Part shown: positions 8,990 to 19,188 of the stretch, one piece after another
Numbering within the stretch: position 1 is the stretch's first letter
Layout of the letters: each line of letters begins with the position of its first letter
From: Verrucomicrobiota bacterium
GTDB taxonomy: Bacteria > Verrucomicrobiota > Kiritimatiellia > RFP12 > UBA1067
Assembly (NCBI GenBank): GCA_016280825.1
Contig: JAEEHL010000029.1
Span: 1-38,281 of the forward strand
Reading direction: 5' to 3'
Length of the DNA stretch: 38,281 nucleotides
Position numbers and translations under genes: made by a program
The notes under the pieces: generated by a model
Told to the model about the DNA's origin: nothing
The model's database searches: none
What the model saw: the letters and a program-made list of their open reading frames with translations, nothing else

Positions 8990-9669
8990 AGGGATTTATT
9001 GGATGGATTCTGGCCCTTGTGGCAGCTATCGCCGTCGCGGGCGCGGTGGCGATGCTCAAATACCCCGATACCGTCGCGGGGGAGATATCCATTGCGGCGT
9101 GGGAGGCGCTACGCGAGAGGTCGGTCGAGCTTTGGCAGAAGGCACGCGAGGCGATGGACAGGAAGGGCGGCGAGGAATCCGAGACAAGGCAGGGCGATAT
9201 CCCCGCAGAACTCGACCAGACGCCCGCGAAGGTCGAGGAGCAGGTCGAGAGGGCGGTTCTCGTCGAAGAGGGATGGAGGGCGCTTGAGGACTGCAACCGC
9301 TATTCTGGTCCGAAGATCGCGGGACGGGAACTGAGGGGGAAGGTCGTCCTCGTCTACGTCTGGAACATCGAGGACCCCGACAGCGCGAAGGCGCTGCCGC
9401 GCATCGAGCAGATATGGCAGAGCTTCAAGCACAGGAAGTTCGCCGTACTCGCGTCGCACCGCGGCGGAAGGTCCGACAGGGTGAAGCGCATCGCCGCGCA
9501 GAAGAAGCTCTCGTTTCCGTTCTACGAGGAGGCGGGTTTCGCGAAGGAGCCGAAAGTCGCGTCATATCCGCTCATCTACGTGGTGGATTCCAAGGGCAAG
9601 GTAGTCTATCGCGGAAAGAGCGACCGCAGCGCGACGGAAGCGGTCGTCGACGCCTTTTCGCGACAGTAG
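8986..9669 (+). CDS. Membrane-anchored TlpA/thioredoxin-fold protein lacking CxxC
   Basis: ATGA overlap, N-terminal anchor, ELRGKVVLVYVW, and cis-Pro loop YPLIYVVDSKGKVVY. The active-site position reads WNIEDPDS. Confidence 0.8.
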   Translation: MKGFIGWILALVAAIAVAGAVAMLKYPDTVAGEISIAAWEALRERSVELWQKAREAMDRKGGEESETRQGDIPAELDQTPAKVEEQVERAVLVEEGWRALEDCNRYSGPKIAGRELRGKVVLVYVWNIEDPDSAKALPRIEQIWQSFKHRKFAVLASHRGGRSDRVKRIAAQKKLSFPFYEEAGFAKEPKVASYPLIYVVDSKGKVVYRGKSDRSATEAVVDAFSRQ

Positions 9670-9672
9670 CGG

Positions 9673-10434
9673 TCAGTCAAGGACTTTTGCAACGGGGCCT
9701 TCGCCCGAATACGAGTCAAGCCCAGAGAACGACGCTCCACCCTTGACCTTTGGCCGCTCCCCGAAGAGGACGGTGCCGAGCCTGATCCATGTGGCTCCCT
9801 CCTCCACGGCCACTTCGTAGTCGCCGCTCATTCCCATCGAAAGCCGCGGGAGGGAGATGCCGAACCTGCGTTCGGTCTCGTCCCTCAGGTTCCTGAGCGC
9901 GCGGAACACGGGGCGGGAGTCCTCGGGATTCGCGCTAAAGGGGGCCATTGTCATGAACCCCTCGAGTTCGATGCGCGGGCATCGCTCGAGGATTGCCCGC
10001 ACGGCTTCGTCGACAAGCCCCGGCTCCATGCCGGTCTTTGACTTCTCCCCGCTTACGTTCACTTCGAGGAGGATGTGCGGGCGCGCGCCCGTCTCCTCGG
10101 AAATGGAGGATATCCTCTCTATCAGCCTGAGCGAGTCGACGCTGTGAATGAAGTCGAAGAGCATGAGCGCAGGCCGCACCTTGTTGCCCTGGAGGTGCCC
10201 GATGAGATGCCAGCTTGGGCCAGTAACGCTTTCGGGCTTCTTCCACGCAGCCTCCTGGACCTTGTTTTCGCCGACTATCGATAGCCCTGCGTCCCACGCC
10301 TCCCTGACGGTTTCCGGACCATGGGTCTTCGTGACTGCGACGATTTCCACTTCGTCGCGGCTCCGCCCCGCCCTTGCGCAGGCAGCTTTGATTTTTGCGT
10401 TTACCGCCGAGAGTATCTCGCTAAGTTCTGTCAT
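9673..10434 (-). CDS. yggS: YggS/PLPBP family pyridoxal-phosphate homeostasis protein
   Basis: VAVTKT (PLP lysine), GENKVQE, WHLIGHLQGNK, IHSVDS, EVNVSGEKSK, LSMGMSGDYEVAVEEGAT.IRLGT. Alternative ATG at 10455. Confidence 0.96.
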   Translation of the reverse strand: MTELSEILSAVNAKIKAACARAGRSRDEVEIVAVTKTHGPETVREAWDAGLSIVGENKVQEAAWKKPESVTGPSWHLIGHLQGNKVRPALMLFDFIHSVDSLRLIERISSISEETGARPHILLEVNVSGEKSKTGMEPGLVDEAVRAILERCPRIELEGFMTMAPFSANPEDSRPVFRALRNLRDETERRFGISLPRLSMGMSGDYEVAVEEGATWIRLGTVLFGERPKVKGGASFSGLDSYSGEGPVAKVLD

Positions 10435-10472
10435 TGTTCCCGCTTTCTCCCCCATGTCGAGGAGGTGGCTGA

Positions 10473-10501
10473 ATTATACCATTTAGAACCGCGATTCTCA
10501 A
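10473..10501 (-). promoter_or_regulatory. Sigma70-type promoter for yggS (TTGAGA-17-TATAAT, extended -10)
   Basis: Reverse complement gives TTGAGA (10501-10496), a 17-bp spacer ending TGG, then TATAAT (10478-10473). Confidence 0.7.
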
Positions 10502-10597
10502 CCTAAAAATCGCAGTTGAAAGCCCATTTGCATTTTGCCTGCAGAGTCTCGCCTTGCCTGTCAGGCCTTCACTTGCGTCTTGGCCTTGCCTTGCAAG

Positions 10598-10627
10598 GTG
10601 ACAGCGCGCGTGGGAATGTGATATAAT
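10598..10627 (+). promoter_or_regulatory. Sigma70-type promoter (GTGACA-18-TATAAT, extended -10)
   Basis: GTGACA 10598-10603 and TGATATAAT 10619-10627, upstream of GGAGG and ATG 10683. Confidence 0.65.
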
Positions 10628-10682
10628 TCACGGCAATACACGCAAAGCAATGCCCGCTGGTGCGGGCGCAACTGGAGGACGC

Positions 10683-13600
10683 ATGAAAAAACTGATTGCC
10701 GCCGCAGGACTTCTCGCCCTTGCTCACGCTACAGAGGCGAAGACGATTGGGATATGGGTTGACGGGCGGAGCTACGTCTCCGACGGCTTTACGAATTCCC
10801 TCGCCGAAGCCGGCTGGAACATCGAGTGGTTCTCCAAGAACGACCTCGAGAACGTCGAAAAGCTCGACAAGACCGATGTCATGTACTGCGGCGGCGGCTG
10901 GAACGCCTACTTCTTCCCGACGCCAAAGTCGCGCCTGAACCTCGTCCGCTACGCGGCTGGCGGCAAGGGAGTCTTTCTTTCCGGCTTCCGCTCCGGCTAT
11001 CCGCGTACGGCGAACCGCCCCATGTTCCCCGAGATAGGCGCTGTGTACAACCGCGTCTCCTGCCCGTGGATATGGCCGGTCGGCAAGAGCGCCCTCGCCA
11101 AGGCGTTCAACGGCAAGCCAGTCGTCGGGTCCGGCAACGACCATCTCTGCCTTCGCAAAGGCGACTGGGGCGAGGTCTTCTGCTGCAGCGGCGAAGACAT
11201 CGTAGGGACGTTCGGCGACTACTACTGCGGGCGCGTAGTCGTGTACGGCGGGCATTTCTCGTATGGAGTCGTGGACGAAACCCGTGCCGACGCGGAGAGG
11301 CTTCTTCTGGCGTCGCTCAAGTACCTGACGGGGCAGAAGAAGCCGTCGCCGCAGGAGCAGGAGAAGGCCATGTCGAAGGCGGCGATGGCGCTCATAAGGC
11401 GCGAGCTGATCTGGACATGGACAATCGACGACCGAGGCCCCGACAGGCGGCCCGGCATAGTGGCAGAGTGGCGCGACAGGACGACGGTCGAGCCGGAGGC
11501 GCTTTCGTACAAGCTCGACTACTACGCGAAGTTCCTGAAGGCCGACGAGGCCAAGAAGTGCGTCAACGCGTCGAGGATTCTCAAGGGCGACGTCGCCACC
11601 ACGCGCAAAGTCGCCGCCGCGATCTGCGACGAGCTGCGCCGCAAGGTGGAGGGCATGGACATGTTCGACCTGACGTTCGCATACGTCTCCGGCAATCCGC
11701 CGGTCGAGCTTGAGGCCATCAAGAGCCGCCTCCAGCGCCAGATAAGGGAACAGTTCGTGACGTCGGCCAGGAAGCTCATTGCCGAGATGCAGCCCAAGGT
11801 GAAAGCCGCGAAGAAGGCAGCCCTCGAGAAGGAGGTCGCTGAAGACCTCAAGTCGGTCCCCGCGCTCGTCGAGAAGCTTTCCTCGAAGTGCCCGAAGGAG
11901 CGCTACGAGGCAGCGCTTGAGCTGGGGCGCATCTCTCCCGACGACGGAAAGGCCGTCGCGGCCCTTTGCGCGGCGCTTTCCGACGCGGACGACAAGGTTC
12001 GCACGCAGGCGGCGATATCGCTCGGCTGGATGCAGGCTTTAGGCGCGGTCGACGCGCTCGTGAAGAACCTCTCGGCGAAGTCGGTCTTCGACCGCCGCCG
12101 CGCGATACAGGCCCTTGGCTTCATTGGCGAGAAGAAGGCCGTCCCCGCGGTCATGAAGATGCTTTCGGATCCCGACCCCGACTGCAGGATGTACGCGGTC
12201 GTCGCCCTTGGCCACTTGAGGGCGACGGAGGCGGTGGAGAGGATTCTTTCCATTGCACAGGACGAGAAGGCCGACATCGACCTCAGGTGCACGGCGATTC
12301 TCGCCCTCGGCGACATCGGCGACAGGCGCGCTCAGGCCGCGATCGAGAAGATCGACTCCGAGGCGAAGCCCTATGCCACTCGCGACAGGCGGGGCGTCGT
12401 CAGCGGCAACTACCTTTCATGGCGGTACGGCTGCAACCTGAAGCTCGCCGCCGAAAGGGCGCTCAAGGCGCTTGCCGCGGGCGGCAGGGCCGCGCTCGGC
12501 GTGAAGCAGCCGGAGGAATACCGTTCGCGCGCCATGTTCTACGCAATAACGAAGAAATGCAACTTCTTCGCCGGGCGCACAGGAATGGGCGGCTCCGGCG
12601 GGCTGTTCGGCGGCGACAGGCAGAAGCTTCTCTGGGCGCACCTGAAGGACGCCGGCTTTACGGGGGTGCACAATTCGTGGGGGGCGCCGTCCGGGCTGAC
12701 GCCAGAGGAGTTCAAGGACATCGTCTGCGAGGCCGACGACCTCGGGCTTGTCTGGATAGACGTCATGCCGGGCTGGGTGCGCTGCAACTGCCCGATGTCT
12801 GAGATACTTCTCGAGGAGTTCAAGGACGTCCCTGCGTACCACGGCCTTTGGGCGGAGGAGACGTGGCCGGAGCTCGGCGCGAACGTCGGGGAGTTCAAGA
12901 AGTTCCTTGCCGAGCGCTACGGCAGCGACTGGGCGAAGACGCTCAAGCTGAGCGACGCGGAGCTTAAGGTCATTTCCAGCGAGAAGTCGCCAGACTGGAA
13001 CCCCGACTGGATAGGATTTGGGTGCGCCGGGCCGGGCAAGAAGCTTGAGGCCGGCTTTGCGCCGCCGTGGGACGGCGTCTTGAGGACGCTCGTCCTGGAG
13101 TTCGGCGGCAAGCTTCTCGAGAACGCATGGCGCGAGTCGCAGGACTACCTGCACGCCCGCCGCAAGGGCTTTGCTCAGACGTACGTCATATCGACTGCAG
13201 ACCCGACAAAGCCAATCGGCGGAATGCAGGCCGTGGAGAAGCTCGACTCGCTCGGCCATGAGTCGTACGAGTGCTTCGGGCGCGGCAGCGCATATCTAAT
13301 GGAGCGCTACCGCAACGGCGGTGCGCCGAGAAGCGTGATGAGCGAGCAGTACCACTGGTACTGCCCGTCGAACGCGCATGCGCTCAGGGGGTTCTGGCAG
13401 AACGCGATCCACTCGAAGTGCTACTACGACTTCTCGCTTCACCAGATGTTCGCATATCCAAGCTGGGTTGACATGTGGAGCTGGGAGCGCGGCCGCTGGG
13501 AGGCCGCGAAGGAAGTCTTCACCCGCGTAGCGAAGACGCCAGACCTCTACGCAATCTCGCCCTCTGCGGCGAACGCGGCGGTCGTCTTCTCCGAGCGCTC

Positions 13601-14669
13601 GTCGAGCGCCGTCAAGGAGCAGGTGTACTTCATGTGCGGTGTGCCGCCTCGCAACGACCACAACGCGATGGCTGCGTGGGCGGCCCTGAACGAACTTCAG
13701 GTGCCTTCGGACGTCGTCTGGGCCGAGACCTTGGACAAGTCGAAGATCTCCAAGTACAAGTTCCTCTATCTCCCGACGGCGAAGTACCTCCTTGATTCCG
13801 AGGTCGAGACAATCCGCGAATGGGTGAAGGAGGGCGGCGTTCTCGTCGCCGAGGGCACGACCTCGCTCTTCGGCGGCCACAGCCTCAAGAACCGCGGCAA
13901 CTATGCGCTTGCAGACGTCTTTGGCTGCGACTGGAAGGAGACAAAGTTCCGCACGGGCGACGACAGCGACACTTTCGCAGGCCGCCACGGCGTCTCGTCG
14001 GCGTTCAAGGCAGTGCCCGGCCTTGACAGCCCGCTTCACATCGACGACTCGATACACAGGGCTGCCAAGCCCGAGAAGTCGATAGTCCGCGCGAAGGTCG
14101 CCGAGGACGCAGGCGAGCTCCTGCCGGGATTGAAGAAGGGCGCGGAGATAGAGATGGACGGTGCGCTTGGTTTCGATGTTGTGAAGCCCACTACGGCGAA
14201 GGTGCTTGCCGAATGGAACGGCAGCCCCGCGATTCTCGCGAACGACTTCGGCAAGGGGCGGTGCTACTTTGTCGCGGCGAACTACTTTGCGCACGCGCAT
14301 GTTGCGTCCCGCTGGGAGATGCTGCCCGGGAAGTTCGACTTCTGGGGCAACGTCCTCGAGTCGATAGGCGCGATGGCCAAGTCGGGCTACGCGGCGGTCG
14401 GCGCGACGCTGCCCGTCGAGGTAAGCGGCGTCTCGAAGGAGGTCGAGGTTTCCGCCGCAGACTTTGGCGGCAAGTACGTTGTCCACATGCTCGACTACGA
14501 CGTCTTCTCCGAGGGCGTCGCTGGCGCCAAGCTTTCAATCCCCGGCGAGAGGAAGATAAAGAAGGTCTACTACCCGGGCGAGAAGGCGCCGTTGAAGCTT
14601 GACGGCCGCACGGCGCAATTGAGGGATTTCAAGGTCTACGACATGTTCGTCATCGAGTTCGACGACTGA
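10683..14669 (+). CDS. Large secreted multidomain protein: GATase1/ThuA-like domain, helical linker, HEAT repeats, putative glycoside-hydrolase barrel, GH42-type trimerisation-like domain
   Basis: GGAGG RBS and signal peptide MKKLIAAAGLLALAHA. HEAT/PBS repeats (VRTQAAISLG, DRRRAIQALG, CRMYAVVALG, LRCTAILALG). C-terminal KYKFLYLP...IREWVKEGGVLVAEG..SLF...LADVFG and PAILANDFGKGRCYF, typical of beta-galactosidase trimerisation-like domains. Confidence 0.75.
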   Translation: MKKLIAAAGLLALAHATEAKTIGIWVDGRSYVSDGFTNSLAEAGWNIEWFSKNDLENVEKLDKTDVMYCGGGWNAYFFPTPKSRLNLVRYAAGGKGVFLSGFRSGYPRTANRPMFPEIGAVYNRVSCPWIWPVGKSALAKAFNGKPVVGSGNDHLCLRKGDWGEVFCCSGEDIVGTFGDYYCGRVVVYGGHFSYGVVDETRADAERLLLASLKYLTGQKKPSPQEQEKAMSKAAMALIRRELIWTWTIDDRGPDRRPGIVAEWRDRTTVEPEALSYKLDYYAKFLKADEAKKCVNASRILKGDVATTRKVAAAICDELRRKVEGMDMFDLTFAYVSGNPPVELEAIKSRLQRQIREQFVTSARKLIAEMQPKVKAAKKAALEKEVAEDLKSVPALVEKLSSKCPKERYEAALELGRISPDDGKAVAALCAALSDADDKVRTQAAISLGWMQALGAVDALVKNLSAKSVFDRRRAIQALGFIGEKKAVPAVMKMLSDPDPDCRMYAVVALGHLRATEAVERILSIAQDEKADIDLRCTAILALGDIGDRRAQAAIEKIDSEAKPYATRDRRGVVSGNYLSWRYGCNLKLAAERALKALAAGGRAALGVKQPEEYRSRAMFYAITKKCNFFAGRTGMGGSGGLFGGDRQKLLWAHLKDAGFTGVHNSWGAPSGLTPEEFKDIVCEADDLGLVWIDVMPGWVRCNCPMSEILLEEFKDVPAYHGLWAEETWPELGANVGEFKKFLAERYGSDWAKTLKLSDAELKVISSEKSPDWNPDWIGFGCAGPGKKLEAGFAPPWDGVLRTLVLEFGGKLLENAWRESQDYLHARRKGFAQTYVISTADPTKPIGGMQAVEKLDSLGHESYECFGRGSAYLMERYRNGGAPRSVMSEQYHWYCPSNAHALRGFWQNAIHSKCYYDFSLHQMFAYPSWVDMWSWERGRWEAAKEVFTRVAKTPDLYAISPSAANAAVVFSERSSSAVKEQVYFMCGVPPRNDHNAMAAWAALNELQVPSDVVWAETLDKSKISKYKFLYLPTAKYLLDSEVETIREWVKEGGVLVAEGTTSLFGGHSLKNRGNYALADVFGCDWKETKFRTGDDSDTFAGRHGVSSAFKAVPGLDSPLHIDDSIHRAAKPEKSIVRAKVAEDAGELLPGLKKGAEIEMDGALGFDVVKPTTAKVLAEWNGSPAILANDFGKGRCYFVAANYFAHAHVASRWEMLPGKFDFWGNVLESIGAMAKSGYAAVGATLPVEVSGVSKEVEVSAADFGGKYVVHMLDYDVFSEGVAGAKLSIPGERKIKKVYYPGEKAPLKLDGRTAQLRDFKVYDMFVIEFDD

Positions 14670-14681
14670 ACTAAAGCCGAC

Positions 14682-14716
14682 CCACTGGCTACTGATCCCT
14701 GACTACTGACCCCTGA
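14682..14716. repeat. Short tandem heptamer repeat (5 units)
   Basis: CCACTGG-CTACTGA-TCCCTGA-CTACTGA-CCCCTGA read directly from the sequence. Confidence 0.75.
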
Positions 14717-14741
14717 CACCGGCCAGCTGGAACAATCATTG

Positions 14742-14770
14742 TTGCATTTGGCGGGCAGTTATGATATAAT
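14742..14770 (+). promoter_or_regulatory. rpoD promoter (TTGCAT-17-TATAAT, extended -10)
   Basis: TTGCAT 14742-14747 and TGATATAAT 14762-14770. Confidence 0.75.
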
Positions 14771-14825
14771 ACCCAGAACGCTTGACAAAGTGCCAATGGG
14801 TGGATTGTATACTTGAAAGGATTGG

Positions 14826-16796
<1,971 letters not shown>

Positions 16797-16880
16797 GGGC
16801 GCATGCTCGAGGGGGAAGCAGGGTAGAGACAGACAGCCGGGAGGCCCGGCAACGAAGGAAAAAAGAAGGAGAGGTAAACA

Positions 16881-17372
16881 ATGGAATGCATAGTCAAAAG
16901 CGCAATTGCGCTCTTCGGAGGGCACCAGGCCGCATGCCCGCAGGGCGCGGCAATCGCGATAGCGGTCGCGGCGTTCGTCGCCGGGATGATCTTCAGCTGC
17001 GTCGTCTGCAGGCTTCGTAGCGGCTGCAGGTGCAAGGGCGGCGCCCAGGGCGCCGGCCAGTCGAGGAAGCGCCGCGAGCAGCCGAAGTTCGAGAAGACCC
17101 ATCCCGCCCCGGCGGACGGGTCCATCGAGATCTACGTAGGCAACCTGAGCTACGACCTTACCGAGGACGTGCTACGCAGGGAGTTCGAGGCGTACGGAAA
17201 GGTAAACTCGGCGCGAATCATAATGAACCGCTACAATGGCAAGTCGAAGGGGTTCGGGTTCGTCCACATGCCGAACCGCGACGAGGCCAACGCGGCCATT
17301 GCAGCGCTTTCCGACAAGGAAATTCTCGGCAGGCGGCTTCGCTGCAACGAGGCGAAGAACGTCGCCCTGTAA
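16881..17372 (+). CDS. RRM (RNP-1) RNA-binding protein with N-terminal transmembrane helix
   Basis: RNP2 IYVGNL and RNP1 KGFGFVHM. Hydrophobic AAIAIAVAAFVAGMIFSCVV followed by a basic linker. Purine-rich RBS. Confidence 0.9.
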   Translation: MECIVKSAIALFGGHQAACPQGAAIAIAVAAFVAGMIFSCVVCRLRSGCRCKGGAQGAGQSRKRREQPKFEKTHPAPADGSIEIYVGNLSYDLTEDVLRREFEAYGKVNSARIIMNRYNGKSKGFGFVHMPNRDEANAAIAALSDKEILGRRLRCNEAKNVAL

Positions 17373-17423
17373 AACGTTGAACAGTCATAGGCCGCGCATC
17401 GCCGCGGCCGGGAGGGAGCGAGG

Positions 17424-17981
17424 ATGAGCAAAGCCATAGTTCCGCTTGCCGAAGGCTTCGAGGACGTCGAAGCTGTCACGGTCGTCGACGTGCTTCGCCG
17501 CGGCGGCGTGGAGACCGTTGTCGCGGCCACTGGGCAGGACCTCGAGGTCGTCGGGGCTCATGGCACGCGGATCAAGGCCGACGCGATCTTCTCCGACGTT
17601 TCGTCCCAGGCGTTCGACGCGATCGTCCTTCCCGGCGGGGGGCAGGGCGCGGAACTCCTGAAGGCCGACGAGAGGGTCATCGCGCTTCTCCGCCGCATGA
17701 ACGACGAAAGGGCGCTCATCTGCGCGATCTGCGCCGCCCCCGTCGTGCTCGTCGAGGCGGGCGTCCTGCACGAAAGCCAGCACGTCACGTGCTATCCAAC
17801 GCTTGTCCCGCAGCTCGACCGCCCGTGCGCCAACGTGCCCGTCGTTGCGGACCGCAACGTCGTCACTGGCCAGGGGCCGGCCGCCGCGATGCTCTTCGCC
17901 CATGTCGTCCTGAGTCGGCTTGCGGGCGAAGCCGTCGCCCGCAAGGTGGCGCGCGGGATGCTCTTCGACGCGTTCAGATGA
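17424..17981 (+). CDS. yajL: DJ-1/ThiJ/YajL family glyoxalase/deglycase
   Basis: LAEGFEDVEA..VDVLRRGG, DAIVLPGG, nucleophile AICAAP, VTGQGP. Confidence 0.93.
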   Translation: MSKAIVPLAEGFEDVEAVTVVDVLRRGGVETVVAATGQDLEVVGAHGTRIKADAIFSDVSSQAFDAIVLPGGGQGAELLKADERVIALLRRMNDERALICAICAAPVVLVEAGVLHESQHVTCYPTLVPQLDRPCANVPVVADRNVVTGQGPAAAMLFAHVVLSRLAGEAVARKVARGMLFDAFR

Positions 17982-19177
17982 AAGTCTGGATAGAAAACCC
18001 CTTTGACAACATTCCCCCCGAGGGGTTCAGGCCGCAGAGATACTGGCTCATGGCGCAGGCGTTTGCGCAGGCGGGCCACGATGTCGTCTACTGGACGAGC
18101 GACTTCTCGCATTCGCTCAAGACGCGCCGCAAACTGCAGTGCGAGCTTTTCGGCAATCCCTTTCCCATGAGGCTCGTGAAGACGGAGCCGTACTCCCGCA
18201 ACGTTTCGGTTGCGCGGGCGAGAAGCCACAGGCGCTACGCGGCGAAGTGGCTTGAGGACGCGCGGGCCGCCGCCGCGGCGGAAGGCGCACCAGACGTGGT
18301 TGTAGTGTCGGTTCCGCCGCTTTCGGCGCCAGGCGCCGCCTTCAGGCTGAGGGACGAATTCGGCTGCAAGGTCGTAGTGGACGTGATGGACGCCTGGCCA
18401 CAGACCTTCAGGCGGCTTCTGCCGCGTCAGGCCGGGTGGCTTTACCCGATTCTCTTCGCCCCGCTTTTTCGAATGGCGAAGAGGGCCTACAGCAAGGCCG
18501 ACCTCGTCACCGGCGTCTGCGACGGATACAGGGAGATGGCCCTTTCCGCAGGGGCGAAGTCGTACTACAGGGCGTACCACGGCATAGACCTTTCGCCACC
18601 GCCGCGGATCGAGCGGCGCCATGACGGACTGAAGCTCGTCTATGCCGGCGGAACCGGGCGGACGTACGACCTCGAGACGCCGGTCCGGGCACTGGCGCGG
18701 CTTGAAGGCGCTACGCTTGCCGTCGCCGGGGCGGAGGGGCCCGCGATGGCGTCGCTGAGGGGCCTTGCCGCCTCGCTTGGCTGCGCAGACCGCCTGCTGA
18801 CGCCGGGGTATCTCGGGGCGGACGCACTCGAAAGGCTGCTGAGGTCGTGCGACATCGGCATCGTCCCCATGGACGGCGGGAGCTTCGTGGGGATGCCGTA
18901 CAAGCTCGCCGACTACTCTGCCGCCGGGCTCGCCGTGGCAAGCTCCCTCGGGGGCGAAAGCGCCGCGCTCCTGTCGCGCTACCGCGCCGGCGCATCGTAT
19001 CCGCCTTCTGACGCAGACGGGTTCGTCGCCGCGGTCCGCGAGATTGCCGCGGACCTCCACGGTTGCAGGAGCCGTGCGCGCGCAATGGCCGAGGCGGAGT
19101 TCGACGCCGGGAGGATCTACCGCGAGTACGCGGAGGTTGTCAGGCGTCTTTACATGGGCGGGGCGAAACTGATATAA
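17978..19177 (+). CDS. Glycosyltransferase family 4 (GT-B)
   Basis: ATGA overlap. AGHDV, PDVVVVS.PP, DVMDAWP, LVYAG, and CDIGIVP..GMPYKLADYSAAG. Confidence 0.88.
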   Translation: MKVWIENPFDNIPPEGFRPQRYWLMAQAFAQAGHDVVYWTSDFSHSLKTRRKLQCELFGNPFPMRLVKTEPYSRNVSVARARSHRRYAAKWLEDARAAAAAEGAPDVVVVSVPPLSAPGAAFRLRDEFGCKVVVDVMDAWPQTFRRLLPRQAGWLYPILFAPLFRMAKRAYSKADLVTGVCDGYREMALSAGAKSYYRAYHGIDLSPPPRIERRHDGLKLVYAGGTGRTYDLETPVRALARLEGATLAVAGAEGPAMASLRGLAASLGCADRLLTPGYLGADALERLLRSCDIGIVPMDGGSFVGMPYKLADYSAAGLAVASSLGGESAALLSRYRAGASYPPSDADGFVAAVREIAADLHGCRSRARAMAEAEFDAGRIYREYAEVVRRLYMGGAKLI

Positions 19178-19178
19178 T
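19149..19178 (+). promoter_or_regulatory. Internal promoter overlapping the GT4 stop codon (TTTACA-18-TATAAT, extended -10)
   Basis: TTTACA 19149-19154 and TGATATAAT 19170-19178; the mlaE ATG follows 10 nt later with no SD. Confidence 0.55.
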
Positions 19179-19188
19179 ACGCGGCTAC

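Noticed and set aside
14782-14813. Second rpoD promoter TTGACA...TATACT
   Set aside because: Spacer is 20 bp, too long for sigma70. Not excluded, but not supportable.
16836-16850. Hairpin GCCGGG-AGG-CCCGGC after rpoD, and GCCGGGAGG recurring at 17407
   Set aside because: No U-tract in terminator orientation. A 9-bp GC-rich match that includes an SD-like sequence is expected by chance, and there is no mobile-element evidence.
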